From: Nanobdellota archaeon
GTDB lineage: Archaea; Nanobdellota; Nanobdellia; Parvarchaeales; Parvarchaeaceae
Reading direction: 5' to 3'
NCBI GenBank assembly: GCA_021818905.1
Contig: JAKASS010000005.1
Coordinates: 1-58,269 of the forward strand
DNA length: 58,269 nucleotides
Positions 1-9,898 of this stretch are shown one piece after another. The position numbers and the translations under genes are program-made. The notes below the pieces were generated by a model. That model was not told the DNA's origin. It saw only the letters and a list, made by a program, of their open reading frames with translations, and made no database searches. The stretch's first letter is position 1. Each line of letters opens with the position of its first letter.

Positions 1-246
1 GAAGGATATCTGGAAGCCGATGAGGACATGGTGGAAGGGTATGTGCACGGACTCCCACAATAAACTACTTTCTTCCTAGATGTCGGCTCCGCGGTTCGCT
101 CAGTAATAGTGCGTTTTGACTACGTGGTCGAACAGCTTTCCTTCTTTTCCAGAGCTTTCGCATATGGGACTAAGGAGACAGGCACACGCCTAAGAATGCG
201 CGTAAAGCATTTATATTAAAAAATTTATTACTACCTATAACTACTC

Positions 247-639
247 ATGGAATTCAAACAGGTCGGGATAAATGAATTAAGAAAAGGCGATTCTATCCTT
301 GTCGATGACCAGTTTATCTGTAAGATAACCGAGATAAGCCTAAGCGCACCTGGAAAACACGGTCATGCTAAAGCCAGGATAGAGGCTGTGGGGCTGTTAG
401 ATGATAAAAAGAGAGTCTTCATAATGTCGGCTGAGGACCGGGCAAAGATACCTCTCATAGAGAAGAGGACGGGACAGGTGATAAGCGTGACTGGGGACAA
501 GGCGCAGATCATGGACATGGAGACATATGACGTTTTTGAGACCACCGTTCCAGAAGAACTCAAAGAAAAATTAACCGATGGCGTTCAGGTCACTTATTCC
601 GACTTAATGGGCCAAAAAGTAATAAAAGGAATAAAGTAA
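247..639 (+). CDS. eif5a: Translation initiation/elongation factor aIF5A
   Basis: Hypusine motif PGKHGHAK, 130 aa, C-terminal OB fold QIMDMETY. Confidence 0.97.
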   Translation: MEFKQVGINELRKGDSILVDDQFICKITEISLSAPGKHGHAKARIEAVGLLDDKKRVFIMSAEDRAKIPLIEKRTGQVISVTGDKAQIMDMETYDVFETTVPEELKEKLTDGVQVTYSDLMGQKVIKGIK

Positions 640-680
640 GGCCGAAAAAGTCTTAAATATATGCGTTTCTTCGAGTTTAT

Positions 681-1262
681 ATGGGATTGACAAACTGGTA
701 TTCCGCTCTTTCGATGAACCAGTGGTATATGTTTGCATTCGCAATTTTATTGGGCGTTTTGGCGGGTTTTGCACTGTCCAAATACTTGGACAGGGACCAT
801 AAGGTAATAAGATTAGACGGTGCGCAGATTCCGACGCTTCTTACAGTTTCCTTGTTTATAGAACTTGTAGCGGCTATCTATCTTCTGGTATTTGACTCAA
901 ATCTTGTAACTTACGCGCAGCTTCACTGGTTAGGTCTGCTAGTATTCGCAGCAGTGACTATAGCATTGCTTGAAATGCACCTGACTTCCAAAAGACGCCT
1001 TGCAGCCTTCGGTTTGATGGCATGGGGATTATTGGGTGTCGTTGTAATGTTATTGGATGCAGGGCTCAATCTTCCGCTAAGTGGCTTTGCAGGTGCGATA
1101 GGCGGAACTGCCGGCTGGCAATATCTATTCGGCTTCGGTGTTGTAGTAGGATCGACGTTCGGCGTCTCATTCGCATTCGCCTTGCTATTAGTTTTCTCGG
1201 GAGTAGTGTTCGTAGACGGGCTCCTAAAATCTCTTAAGAAACAAAAGAAAAGAAAGCGGTAG
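681..1262 (+). CDS. Multi-pass membrane protein, unknown function
   Basis: About five hydrophobic segments and a basic C-terminal tail. Confidence 0.7.
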   Translation: MGLTNWYSALSMNQWYMFAFAILLGVLAGFALSKYLDRDHKVIRLDGAQIPTLLTVSLFIELVAAIYLLVFDSNLVTYAQLHWLGLLVFAAVTIALLEMHLTSKRRLAAFGLMAWGLLGVVVMLLDAGLNLPLSGFAGAIGGTAGWQYLFGFGVVVGSTFGVSFAFALLLVFSGVVFVDGLLKSLKKQKKRKR

Positions 1263-2099
1263 ATTGACCGTATCTTTCAACGATTTCGTCTTGTGATTCC
1301 TGCTAGCCATATCTATAGCAAGAGAATCTTTCAGTTTTAATTTAAAGGAGGTAGCGCCCGCATTCTCCACTGCATGTTTGACGCTGCCGGCCTTGGGTAT
1401 CGCAAAAACTTCCTTTTTTGAGACTAACCAGTTAAGCGCAACCTGTGCGGCGGTCTTGTGATAGTCTTTCCCAATCTTAGAAAGCAGATCAAAAAGTTTC
1501 TTGTATCTGCCCATAAACAGTTTCCCATGCCCAAGCGGGCTATAAGCTATAACGCTTATTTTCTGTTTTTTGCAGTATGGCAGCAGTTCTTCTTCTGGGT
1601 CTCTCACCATAAGGCTATATTCTACCTGATTCGAAACTATCTCCTCCCTTTTCATTGCATTCTGTGCGGCGATAAGCTGCGTTTTGTCGAAATTACTCAC
1701 ACCGATGTACCGTATCTTTCCGCTTTTTACCAGGTTTTCCATTGCGCGCATCGTCTCCTCTATTCGTATGAACTTATTCGGCCAGTGTAACTGGTATAAG
1801 TCGATTTGTTTTACGCCAAGAGTTTTTAGGCTCTTATCACAGGCCCTTATGACATCATCGTAGTGAAAGTGGGCCGGCCAGACTTTTGTCGCGACAAAGA
1901 TGCCTTTCATGCCTTTTAGTGCCTTATTTACTATCGGCTCGCTGCCGTATATCTCTGCGGTGTCTATAAAGTTTACACCATTTTTCATCGCAGTTTTGAT
2001 TGCCTTTACTTCTTCAGAAGGATTCTTTCCAAGCTGCCAGGTACCTATACCTACAGAAGAAAGTTTCTCTCCGGTCTTGCCAAGTTCTTTGTAGATCAT
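1224..2099 (-). CDS. Aldo/keto reductase
   Basis: GIGTW, IDTAEIYG, ATKV, DLYQLHWP, IGVSNF, NQVEYS, AYSPLG, IPKA motifs. Confidence 0.95.
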   Translation of the reverse strand: MIYKELGKTGEKLSSVGIGTWQLGKNPSEEVKAIKTAMKNGVNFIDTAEIYGSEPIVNKALKGMKGIFVATKVWPAHFHYDDVIRACDKSLKTLGVKQIDLYQLHWPNKFIRIEETMRAMENLVKSGKIRYIGVSNFDKTQLIAAQNAMKREEIVSNQVEYSLMVRDPEEELLPYCKKQKISVIAYSPLGHGKLFMGRYKKLFDLLSKIGKDYHKTAAQVALNWLVSKKEVFAIPKAGSVKHAVENAGATSFKLKLKDSLAIDMASRNHKTKSLKDTVNLPLSFLLFLKRF

Positions 2100-2100
2100 T

Positions 2101-2562
2101 TTACTTTTCTTCTTCCCAAGGGAAGACTATCCATTCTGATCTTTCTTGTACATAGTCATCGGGTCTAAATTCGCTGTGTGGTTTGACGATTATCGACGCC
2201 GTGACAATTTTTTTAGGGCGGTACTTTCCGTTAAGGTAATTTATCGCGAACTGCATCGTTTTTCCTTCGTCTACTATGTCATCGACAAGCATTATAATTT
2301 TATCAGTAAGGTCTGTATTGACATCGTATACTAATTCGATTTTACCTCTGATGCCATCTCCCGTATAGGATTTTATTCTCATAGAATCCCATTTAGTACC
2401 CAAAGAATTAGCCAAACAAATAGAAATGGGCAGGCCGCCTCTAGCTATTCCGATTACCACGTCGATTTCTTTATTGTATTTAGATTTCACCTCTGTTTTA
2501 AGTTTATCAGAAAGAACGCCAAACTCTTGCCAGCTAAGTAAGATTTTTTCTAGGCCCCCCAT
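2101..2562 (-). CDS. Purine phosphoribosyltransferase (Gpt/Hpt-like)
   Basis: IARGG, PRPP-binding VDDIVDEGKT, C-terminal WIVFPWE. Confidence 0.92.
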   Translation of the reverse strand: MGGLEKILLSWQEFGVLSDKLKTEVKSKYNKEIDVVIGIARGGLPISICLANSLGTKWDSMRIKSYTGDGIRGKIELVYDVNTDLTDKIIMLVDDIVDEGKTMQFAINYLNGKYRPKKIVTASIIVKPHSEFRPDDYVQERSEWIVFPWEEEK

Positions 2563-2720
2563 ATTTTGCTATTGATGATCATACATATATAAGTGTCTGT
2601 CACTACAGTTTTTAACGGCGATACCGCTCATTAAAAAGATTAGTCTAAAATCAAAGGCGTTTTTCGTATTTTTGGTATTTATAAAAAAGATTTAAATATA
2701 AAAAACAAACCCTATAGGTT

Positions 2721-3227
2721 ATGGATTTATCGCAACAGACTAAGGACTTTCCAGAGACCTTCTACGCTTTTGTAGAGATCCCCGCCGGCAGCAATTGCAA
2801 ATACGAATTCAAGGAGGATTTAGAGGCGGTAGCATTGGATAGGATACTTCATACCTCGATGGTTTATCCGACAAATTACGGTTTTATACTGAACACAGAA
2901 GGAAAAGACGGGGACCCGATGGACGTGTTAGTGATGTCTTCGGTTTCTATAGCATCTGGTATAATAGTAAAATGCAGGGCCGTGGGCGTAGCAGAGATGA
3001 ATGATGAGGAAGGTTCGGACAATAAAATACTCGCTGTGCCAGTAGATAAGGTGGATCCATCAATGTTGGATATAAAAGACGCTTCTGATATACCAGAATA
3101 CACGAAAGACAAGCTCAAACATTTCTTTGAGCATTACAAGGAGCTCGAAAAAGGGAAATTCATGAAGTTTCTAGGAATAAAGGGGAGAGAAGAAGCTTTG
3201 AAACAGATAAAAGAATCTAAATTGTAA
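2721..3227 (+). CDS. ppa: Family I inorganic pyrophosphatase
   Basis: YPTNYGF, DGDPMDVLV, FFEHYKELE. Confidence 0.97.
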   Translation: MDLSQQTKDFPETFYAFVEIPAGSNCKYEFKEDLEAVALDRILHTSMVYPTNYGFILNTEGKDGDPMDVLVMSSVSIASGIIVKCRAVGVAEMNDEEGSDNKILAVPVDKVDPSMLDIKDASDIPEYTKDKLKHFFEHYKELEKGKFMKFLGIKGREEALKQIKESKL

Positions 3228-3244
3228 ATAATTTCTAAACATTC

Positions 3245-4099
3245 ATGAAATTATCAGTCCTATTTGAGAAGGCTTTCGCCAAAAGATGGATTGCCGGCCC
3301 AGGATTAGACGATGCACTGGATTTGACAAGAAGACTAAATGCACGCGGACTTTCTGCCCAGATAAACTATTTAGGTGAAGCATCCAGAGGAAAGGACAGA
3401 ATAAAAGAATCAGTTGACGTGTATCTTAGGATAGTAAGGGAGATAAAACGAAACGGCCTAAATGCCGATGTAGCTTTGAAACTATCCGAGATAGGACTTG
3501 ATGTAAGTATTAGTTTCGCTAAGGAAAATTATGCCAAGATAGTGAATGCGGCACTGAAGAACGGCGTGTTTGTGTGGATAGACATGGAAGAGCACGAGCT
3601 AGTTGACGACACTTTGTCCATTTATGGGAGTTTTATAAAAAAGGGAAACGTAGGATTATGCATACAATCTTATCTTAAGAGAAGCGAAGCCGACCTTCAA
3701 AAGATAGTTCGATCTGGGGGGATCGTAAGGCTTGTTAAAGGCGCTTACATGGAATCTAAAGGAATATCTTATAGAGAACCATTGAGAACCTCCAATTATC
3801 TAAAATTGATGGATTATCTTTTCATACACTCTAAGAAATTTATGATAGCCACACACGATACAAATATGATAAAGACCGCTCTATCACTGAATAAAAAATA
3901 TAAACGTAAAGTCACTTATGCGATGCTTCTCGGCGTTAGAAACAAATACGCGATTGAGTTAGCAAAGACCGAGCGAGTCTCAATATACGTGCCATTCGGG
4001 GAGAGATGGACAAAGTATGCTTTCAGAAGATTGCGCGAAGCTAGCAATTTAAAACTAATAATAAAGTCTTTGATAAAAGAACCGGTTTCGAAAATCTAA
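3245..4099 (+). CDS. Monofunctional proline dehydrogenase
   Basis: WIAG, WIDME, QSYLKR, VRLVKGAY, IATHD, IYVPFG, YAFRRL. Confidence 0.93.
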   Translation: MKLSVLFEKAFAKRWIAGPGLDDALDLTRRLNARGLSAQINYLGEASRGKDRIKESVDVYLRIVREIKRNGLNADVALKLSEIGLDVSISFAKENYAKIVNAALKNGVFVWIDMEEHELVDDTLSIYGSFIKKGNVGLCIQSYLKRSEADLQKIVRSGGIVRLVKGAYMESKGISYREPLRTSNYLKLMDYLFIHSKKFMIATHDTNMIKTALSLNKKYKRKVTYAMLLGVRNKYAIELAKTERVSIYVPFGERWTKYAFRRLREASNLKLIIKSLIKEPVSKI

Positions 4100-4689
4100 A
4101 TGCTTAGAATGTGGGCTAAAATAATAAGTGGACTTATTGAGAATACTGCATTTAACACGATAAATATAAGTTGTATCCTATTTTTATATAAAATAAACGC
4201 CGCGCAAGAGTAGACTGCTATCGCCAAAGAGCCAAAACCCAGTGCAGCACTTGCAATAAGCGGATTGGAACCATTATTGAACGCATATCCTAGCGCTAAA
4301 AGAACGAAACCGAAACTTCCAAACATCCCGATTGGTTCTTTTCTGTAGTGCTCTATCTTGTAAAGATATGTGACCATTATCATTGCTACAAATAGTGTGA
4401 TGGAAAGTGCATATAAAGCACTTACAGTCATAAACGCCACTATGACGCCGATAAGCGTCACAATCTCTAAAGCCTGCAATACTCTCTGGTTTGACAATGT
4501 TGCTACTGTAAACAATAAAAAACCTGCAAATAGAAACAGAAGTTTCTGTTGAATTGAACCAAGGTTAAGAAATGATACCGCGAATATCAGGATTAGCATC
4601 GCAAATATGCCGATATAAAAAAGCAGGTCGTCTTTCTTTTTTGATTTTTTATTCATCAAATACTTAGAAACTCCGAATTTAAAAAGCAT
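4096..4689 (-). CDS. Multi-pass membrane protein
   Basis: Six to seven hydrophobic segments; the start may be the second Met. Confidence 0.65.
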   Translation of the reverse strand: MLFKFGVSKYLMNKKSKKKDDLLFYIGIFAMLILIFAVSFLNLGSIQQKLLFLFAGFLLFTVATLSNQRVLQALEIVTLIGVIVAFMTVSALYALSITLFVAMIMVTYLYKIEHYRKEPIGMFGSFGFVLLALGYAFNNGSNPLIASAALGFGSLAIAVYSCAAFILYKNRIQLIFIVLNAVFSISPLIILAHILSI

Positions 4690-4692
4690 ATT

Positions 4693-5643
4693 TTACGCGA
4701 CGCTTCTGGAAGTAAGAAACAGACGGGCTCTCAGTCTAACAAAAACCCGGCTCTGTAGAAATCCTATGATAACAATATAAGCAAGCTGTATGCATCGCCG
4801 GATGTCGTAGATTACGTCGATCACCTTCACCTCCTTCAGCTTGTTAAAATGCAGTTTGCTGCCCAGGGTGGAGCCGAACTTCCTCTTCTCCACGAAGTTG
4901 ACGGTCTCCACAAGGCTTCGTTTATGGTACTCGTCGAGTGGAAAAGATGCTTTCATCAGCTTCCTCCATCTTCCCCTGGTCTTCCATATCGGAACGCCTT
5001 CATTCCTTGCAGGAATGATCGATTCTGCGTGAAGACGCTCTCTTGCGAACCTATGATTTCTCTCCGAATCGTATCCTTTGTCAGCCAGTATCTTATCGAT
5101 CTTTACCATTTCGGCGGCTTTCTTCATGAGCGGTCTGAAGGTCTTATTGTCGCTTTCATACCTTCGGTTAGAGGAGGAAACGGCTATCGCTTCCGTCTTC
5201 GGGTCTACGACGATGGAATGCTTGGTAAACACCTTTCTACGCAGTTCTTCTCCTATCCTCCACAGGTAGTGATAGGAAGCGTTTCGTTCATCGTATCCAG
5301 TGGAGTCTATGGCGGCGTCCATTCTTCTTATCCCGAACAGTCTAAACGCGAAGGACAGCATCGCATCCCATACTCGCAGCGGTATCCGTTTGAAGAATTT
5401 CTGCAGTGTCGTATAATGGGGGACTTTATCGAAGTCAAACAACCCTTTAAGCTCTTCCAGCTCGTCTACGACGTCCCGATAAGGCTTCCTTTCGTGTTTC
5501 ATCAGGCAGATGCACGCAGCAAGCTGTGGCTGCGTGTATGTCTTCTTGGAGAACTTGTTCGAGAAGGGCGACAACGCCCTTCTCGCTATGCCCAATACGA
5601 TGGACGCAAATCTTTTATAGTAAGAACTCCCATTTTTATCCAT
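4693..5643 (-). CDS. IS5-family DDE transposase
   Basis: PHYTTLQKF, AIDSTG, ADKGYDS, RSLVETVN; the ORF runs through the TIR into flanking DNA. Confidence 0.93.
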   Translation of the reverse strand: MDKNGSSYYKRFASIVLGIARRALSPFSNKFSKKTYTQPQLAACICLMKHERKPYRDVVDELEELKGLFDFDKVPHYTTLQKFFKRIPLRVWDAMLSFAFRLFGIRRMDAAIDSTGYDERNASYHYLWRIGEELRRKVFTKHSIVVDPKTEAIAVSSSNRRYESDNKTFRPLMKKAAEMVKIDKILADKGYDSERNHRFARERLHAESIIPARNEGVPIWKTRGRWRKLMKASFPLDEYHKRSLVETVNFVEKRKFGSTLGSKLHFNKLKEVKVIDVIYDIRRCIQLAYIVIIGFLQSRVFVRLRARLFLTSRSVA

Positions 5644-5849
5644 AACTACCTCCTTTTTTGTTTGTTTTATATAATAATCAAGGAGGTAGTTACTTTAGAG
5701 GATTTCTACAGAGCCCAAAAACCCAGAAAGTATTCATATATGTACCTTTCAGTGAGAGGTGGAAGAGCTACGCATTTGGGAGGCTACGCGAGACAAGTAA
5801 CCTGGAACCTATAATAAAATCTTTGATAGAAGAACTAGTGTCTAAAATT
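4694..5849 (+). pseudogene. Diverged duplicate of the proline dehydrogenase 3' end, split by an IS
   Basis: With the IS and one TSD removed it reads YATLLEVRNRRALSLTKTQKVFIYVPFSERWKSYAFGRLRETSNLEPIIKSLIEELVSKI, versus YAMLLGVRNKYAIELAKTERVSIYVPFGERWTKYAFRRLREASNLKLIIKSLIKEPVSKI in the intact gene. Confidence 0.88.
4749..5715 (-). mobile_element. IS5-family insertion sequence, copy 1 (967 bp)
   Basis: Perfect 17-bp TIR GGCTCTGTAGAAATCCT; 9-bp TSD CAAAAACCC at 4740-4748 and 5716-5724. Confidence 0.95.
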
Positions 5850-5889
5850 TGGACGCCGATAGTATAATATTAAAGCATTAAATCGAGTT

Positions 5890-6627
5890 TTAAATAACTT
5901 TGTTTGCACTTCGCCAAATTATTTTAAAGTATTGTTTAAATCCTTCAGTTATTTTCTTATTATTTATCTCTATTACTATTGGATAGTTTCCCCACAACAG
6001 TATCGCCACTGAATCCTTAAAAATATCTATTGACATTGGTACGGTATTTTTAAATGGGAGCGTTCTGACTTCGATTAGTTTCTGTTTTTTGTATTCTTCT
6101 ATCCATTCAGTAGCGTCTTCGACTATTATTATCTTCTTTTTAATTCCTATTTTCTCTCTTTTCTTATCCCAGCGCTTGAAAAACCCATATAGCGGCATTG
6201 ATCCCTTCGATACCCCCATTGCCAATTGTTCATCGTCTTTTTTCATCCTTACAAGCATGTCATTAAAAACTGTCATCGCCCCCCTGAGCCCTTCATAAAT
6301 AAATATTTCTTGTTTGGACTTTTCGGTGTTCTGGATTGAGACGAGGTCGGGTATCAGATCGTCGACTTTCAATTCTAGTTCTTTTAATAAGTCCTTCAAT
6401 TTTTCCGGCCGCTCCGCTACGAATGTTTTCGTTTTTCCTGAAATCGTATAAGTCACAAGTCCTCTTTTTATTAGGCCTTCCAAAGTGTAGTAAACTACCG
6501 AACTGTACAAGCCGCATTTTTTTATAAGCGGACCTGTAGTAGAACTACCGAGCTCCAACAATGCAATGTAAACCTTTGCTTCTGGCGAACTAAGCCCCAA
6601 ATCACGAAGAGTTTCCGGTACTTCCAT
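5890..6627 (-). CDS. TrmB-family transcriptional regulator
   Basis: LGLSSPEAKVYIALL wHTH, LIKRGLV, YEGLRGA, effector-domain FKQYFKIIW. Confidence 0.88.
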   Translation of the reverse strand: MEVPETLRDLGLSSPEAKVYIALLELGSSTTGPLIKKCGLYSSVVYYTLEGLIKRGLVTYTISGKTKTFVAERPEKLKDLLKELELKVDDLIPDLVSIQNTEKSKQEIFIYEGLRGAMTVFNDMLVRMKKDDEQLAMGVSKGSMPLYGFFKRWDKKREKIGIKKKIIIVEDATEWIEEYKKQKLIEVRTLPFKNTVPMSIDIFKDSVAILLWGNYPIVIEINNKKITEGFKQYFKIIWRSANKVI

Positions 6628-6684
6628 TCATTCTCCTAAAAAGAAGAGTGATTCTTTATATTTAAATGTACATCATAAGATATC

Positions 6685-6703
6685 TATGGATAAAAAATCC
6701 ATA
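6685..6703. promoter_or_regulatory. Palindrome TATGGAT-N5-ATCCATA in a divergent promoter, candidate operator
   Basis: Perfect 7-bp inverted repeat between trmB-like and ORF 6733. Confidence 0.35.
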
Positions 6704-6732
6704 AAAGAAAAATTCTAGTGCGAGGTAAATAA

Positions 6733-8046
6733 ATGGAAATGAAACAGTTAGATGGAATTTGTCAGGGAAGTTTAAAATTGGAGAATCCATATGAATCAAC
6801 ATCGCCTTATACAAATACCCTAACAAAATTATTCAGAAGCGCGCAAAATAGAATAAACTTTTCTCCATACATAAAAACCGGAATGACAATAAATAACTAC
6901 GCCGGGAACGCGGCTACAGAAAACACATTAGCTTGTAGATTATTTGAAGCGAGCTATGATAATGAAATTGTCGGGGGCCGCAAAGATTCTCTCTTAAGTA
7001 CCCTTTACAAAAACATAAACGGTATCACTTCAAATGTTGATTCTAGCGCATCCAAAGAAGAAGTGCTAAATTCTCTAGAAAGAGAGATCTTTGGAAGTGT
7101 TAGGTACGGAGAAAATTCATTGTATAGCGGGGATTTCGCATCAAAGAACCCTAGTGCAAATTGCGTAGGCTACGCTAGTATCTTAGTAAGCTGTTTGGAA
7201 CAAATCGACAGAAAAGACATTCTTGCTTGCGCTAGTGTAAAAAACGACGATAAGCATGTTTGGATGGAATTTGATTTAGGCAAAAGTAAATATTATTTTA
7301 ACCGACAGAATCATAGTTCTGAAATCTCGCATGATTTAAGTTATTTAGAGTTACTAAACGCCAATAGTCTTGGAAATGAGCTTCTTCGTTCATCCAATTA
7401 CAAAAAGGCATTAAATATCTTTAGAAGAATCGGGAGCGATGTTAATAACTTTGCAATAGGTCAAAGAAATCTGAATATTATATGCGGTAACCTTTTAACA
7501 AGCGGAGGTTGGCAAAGTCAGTTGGATAAGTTATTATTAATCAATCCTCAATGTGACGCGGAATCGGTGGCTTTCATGAACCGAGCAAAAACCAGTGCTA
7601 CATTTCAAACTCAAGCGATGCAGAGCTCGTCTTATTTAAACCTCGAAGAACCACAATATAATAATCATAGTTTCGGGAATCAGAATAATTTAGTAACGGA
7701 GATATCTCATCAAACCGATCCTGACCTTTTTAGAAAACGCAATACGAGTATGTATCGCTCCGGTTTTGATGAAGGCGAGGACGCAGGCTATGCTTACGGG
7801 AGTAGCCTCGCTGTAGACGGCAAAAAACCAACTAAGCAAGGATTGGGTCTACCTTTCGATGATTATTCACTAGGGTATACGCATGGTTTTAATAACGGAA
7901 TAGATGACGGCGTCAAAGCTGGGCGCGCAATAGATGATGCATTTAATAGGGCTTTAAAAGGCACAAATCTAAAACTCATAAAGGGCGGTTTTTTAGTAGA
8001 CTTTTCTGACGACAATAACACGGACTATTCTCATTTTCACGACTGA
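6733..8046 (+). CDS. Hypothetical protein with a transglutaminase-like (Cys-His) core
   Basis: ANCVGYASIL...HVWMEF resembles the transglutaminase-like catalytic motifs; C-terminal GY/GF-rich repeats. Confidence 0.5.
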   Translation: MEMKQLDGICQGSLKLENPYESTSPYTNTLTKLFRSAQNRINFSPYIKTGMTINNYAGNAATENTLACRLFEASYDNEIVGGRKDSLLSTLYKNINGITSNVDSSASKEEVLNSLEREIFGSVRYGENSLYSGDFASKNPSANCVGYASILVSCLEQIDRKDILACASVKNDDKHVWMEFDLGKSKYYFNRQNHSSEISHDLSYLELLNANSLGNELLRSSNYKKALNIFRRIGSDVNNFAIGQRNLNIICGNLLTSGGWQSQLDKLLLINPQCDAESVAFMNRAKTSATFQTQAMQSSSYLNLEEPQYNNHSFGNQNNLVTEISHQTDPDLFRKRNTSMYRSGFDEGEDAGYAYGSSLAVDGKKPTKQGLGLPFDDYSLGYTHGFNNGIDDGVKAGRAIDDAFNRALKGTNLKLIKGGFLVDFSDDNNTDYSHFHD

Positions 8047-8253
8047 TTTCTGCAGAATACTTCAAAATTCGAAAAATAATCCTTTAAATAAGGTTTAAAG
8101 TGTCATTATAAAGACTAAATAAATCAAAGATTTATTGGTATCTATTACGGTGAAACGATGATTTATATAAAAACGACAATGGCGTATAAGAGTTCTAAAA
8201 TGCTACTTTGGTATTATGAAATACATTAAAACTTAAATAGCAGTTTATAATTT

Positions 8254-9891
8254 ATGACAAAAAATAATAAAAAAATCTATGGTTATAAGTCTGTCGATAA
8301 AGGGACTTTAGACCTTCTAAGAGATTTAAGCTCCGCTGGCGACAAATTGAATCTACCAAAAGACTTATTATTAGACGCAATAAAAATTTACGAGGGTGGC
8401 ATAAAAGACAAATGGATTACAGGAGATTTCTCACCTAAAAATTTGATGGCGGCCGCTATAGATATTGCTATTATGAAGCGTAGAAAAATAAGCAAGGCCA
8501 GAGAATTGTCTAATGTATTTGGAATTCTGTTATTAGATTTGCTAAAAACCCGCAATAAAGTCGAGATTGCATTAGATATAGAATTACCGCCAACCCTAAC
8601 TTCTGATTATCTTTTTACACTACAAAAGGCGTATTCGAAATTAAATTTATCGGGGGAAACCCGTGACAAAGCCATTTCTTTAGTGCAAGAAGCATATGAA
8701 AATGGAATAGAAAGTGAAAACAAGCTTGATGCTGCGGCTAACTGGATGGACGTAGCTGCGGCTGCTGTATACATAAGCAGTAAAAATGACCACAAAAACA
8801 TCACTTTAAAGCAAGTTGCCGAAGCAACTGGAATATCTGAAGATATTATAATGAAGCGAGTAATCGAATTGTACTCTAAACTTAATCTTTATAATAAAAA
8901 AGACTTTATAGGATTTGATTTATCTAAAGAGGGCTTAGGGCACGCGTTTGAAAAGATAAAAAACGCGGGTGACGAATTAGGATTATCTGAAGAAATACAA
9001 AAAGAGGCAGCAAATATATACCTTAAAGCAATCTGTAATGAACCAATAAGAGCGGCAATGATAGAATCGGTTACAAACAAGCATAAATTAACAGAAAATT
9101 TAGCGGCTGGGGCATTATACACGGCTGCAAGAAGAAATATAGCACTTGTGTTCTTGGAGAAGATATCCAAACTCTTTGATTTAAAAGAAAAAGATGTAGC
9201 GATGGCTCACCATATTTTACGCAAGGGATTAAATATAGATTTACCGCAAATAACTGCATCGGCTTATTTACATTGGTTGACAGACCATCCGAACTTTTCG
9301 GATAAAACGGTTTCGGATGCAAACAAACTACTTAAAATGATTGAAAAGAATAGTTTGATTACTAAAGAAAATCTTATAATAACAACAAGACAGACGCTTA
9401 ACTTATCTGCACTCATAAATAACGATAATACCCGTGTCTTTATGGATATACTCTCCTTAAGACGCAGTGGATTCCCTTTCTATAATGACGACAAAAACGT
9501 ATACAAGCTGATTAAATCGGCAGAAAGGCGTTTGCCGGATTTTGACAATTCTTTCTTTGCCGACATGCTAACTAATTATAAAGGCATTCGCGATAAAACT
9601 TTAGAGAATATACTTTCAGATGCAAGGCGCCTTAAAGAGACAGGAGAATATAATTTGTCGCAGTTCGATCAATCTAATTATCTAGAAGGGTCAAAATATT
9701 ATAATCTTTCTGGCATAAAAACTCAAGAAAAGATATTCTTGGATGCAAATAAGCTACTGAAAATCGTGAAAGACGCTGGTTTTCTAAATGGAGAAAATTC
9801 CCAGCTTTTAGTTGGGTATATTCTTTTTATCGCAGTACTAATAAATCAGCATCCAAAGGCTAGTCTAGGCAATAAGAACGGCATATCTTAG
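8254..9891 (+). CDS. TFIIB/TFB-like multi-cyclin-repeat protein lacking a Zn ribbon
   Basis: Repeated cyclin-box patterns (LNLP..A..IY; AAAAVYIS..ITLKQVAEATGISE; LAAGALYTAAR); no N-terminal CxxC. Confidence 0.75.
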   Translation: MTKNNKKIYGYKSVDKGTLDLLRDLSSAGDKLNLPKDLLLDAIKIYEGGIKDKWITGDFSPKNLMAAAIDIAIMKRRKISKARELSNVFGILLLDLLKTRNKVEIALDIELPPTLTSDYLFTLQKAYSKLNLSGETRDKAISLVQEAYENGIESENKLDAAANWMDVAAAAVYISSKNDHKNITLKQVAEATGISEDIIMKRVIELYSKLNLYNKKDFIGFDLSKEGLGHAFEKIKNAGDELGLSEEIQKEAANIYLKAICNEPIRAAMIESVTNKHKLTENLAAGALYTAARRNIALVFLEKISKLFDLKEKDVAMAHHILRKGLNIDLPQITASAYLHWLTDHPNFSDKTVSDANKLLKMIEKNSLITKENLIITTRQTLNLSALINNDNTRVFMDILSLRRSGFPFYNDDKNVYKLIKSAERRLPDFDNSFFADMLTNYKGIRDKTLENILSDARRLKETGEYNLSQFDQSNYLEGSKYYNLSGIKTQEKIFLDANKLLKIVKDAGFLNGENSQLLVGYILFIAVLINQHPKASLGNKNGIS

Positions 9892-9898
9892 AAGTAAT

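Noticed and set aside
1-190. GC-rich 3' end of a gene or IS at the window edge
   Set aside because: Too little sequence to assign a frame, family or TIR partner
4849-5814. 321-aa plus-strand ORF and other long antisense ORFs (13677, 31413, 34456, 36588, 39459)
   Set aside because: Shadows of well-supported genes on the opposite strand, with no recognisable motifs
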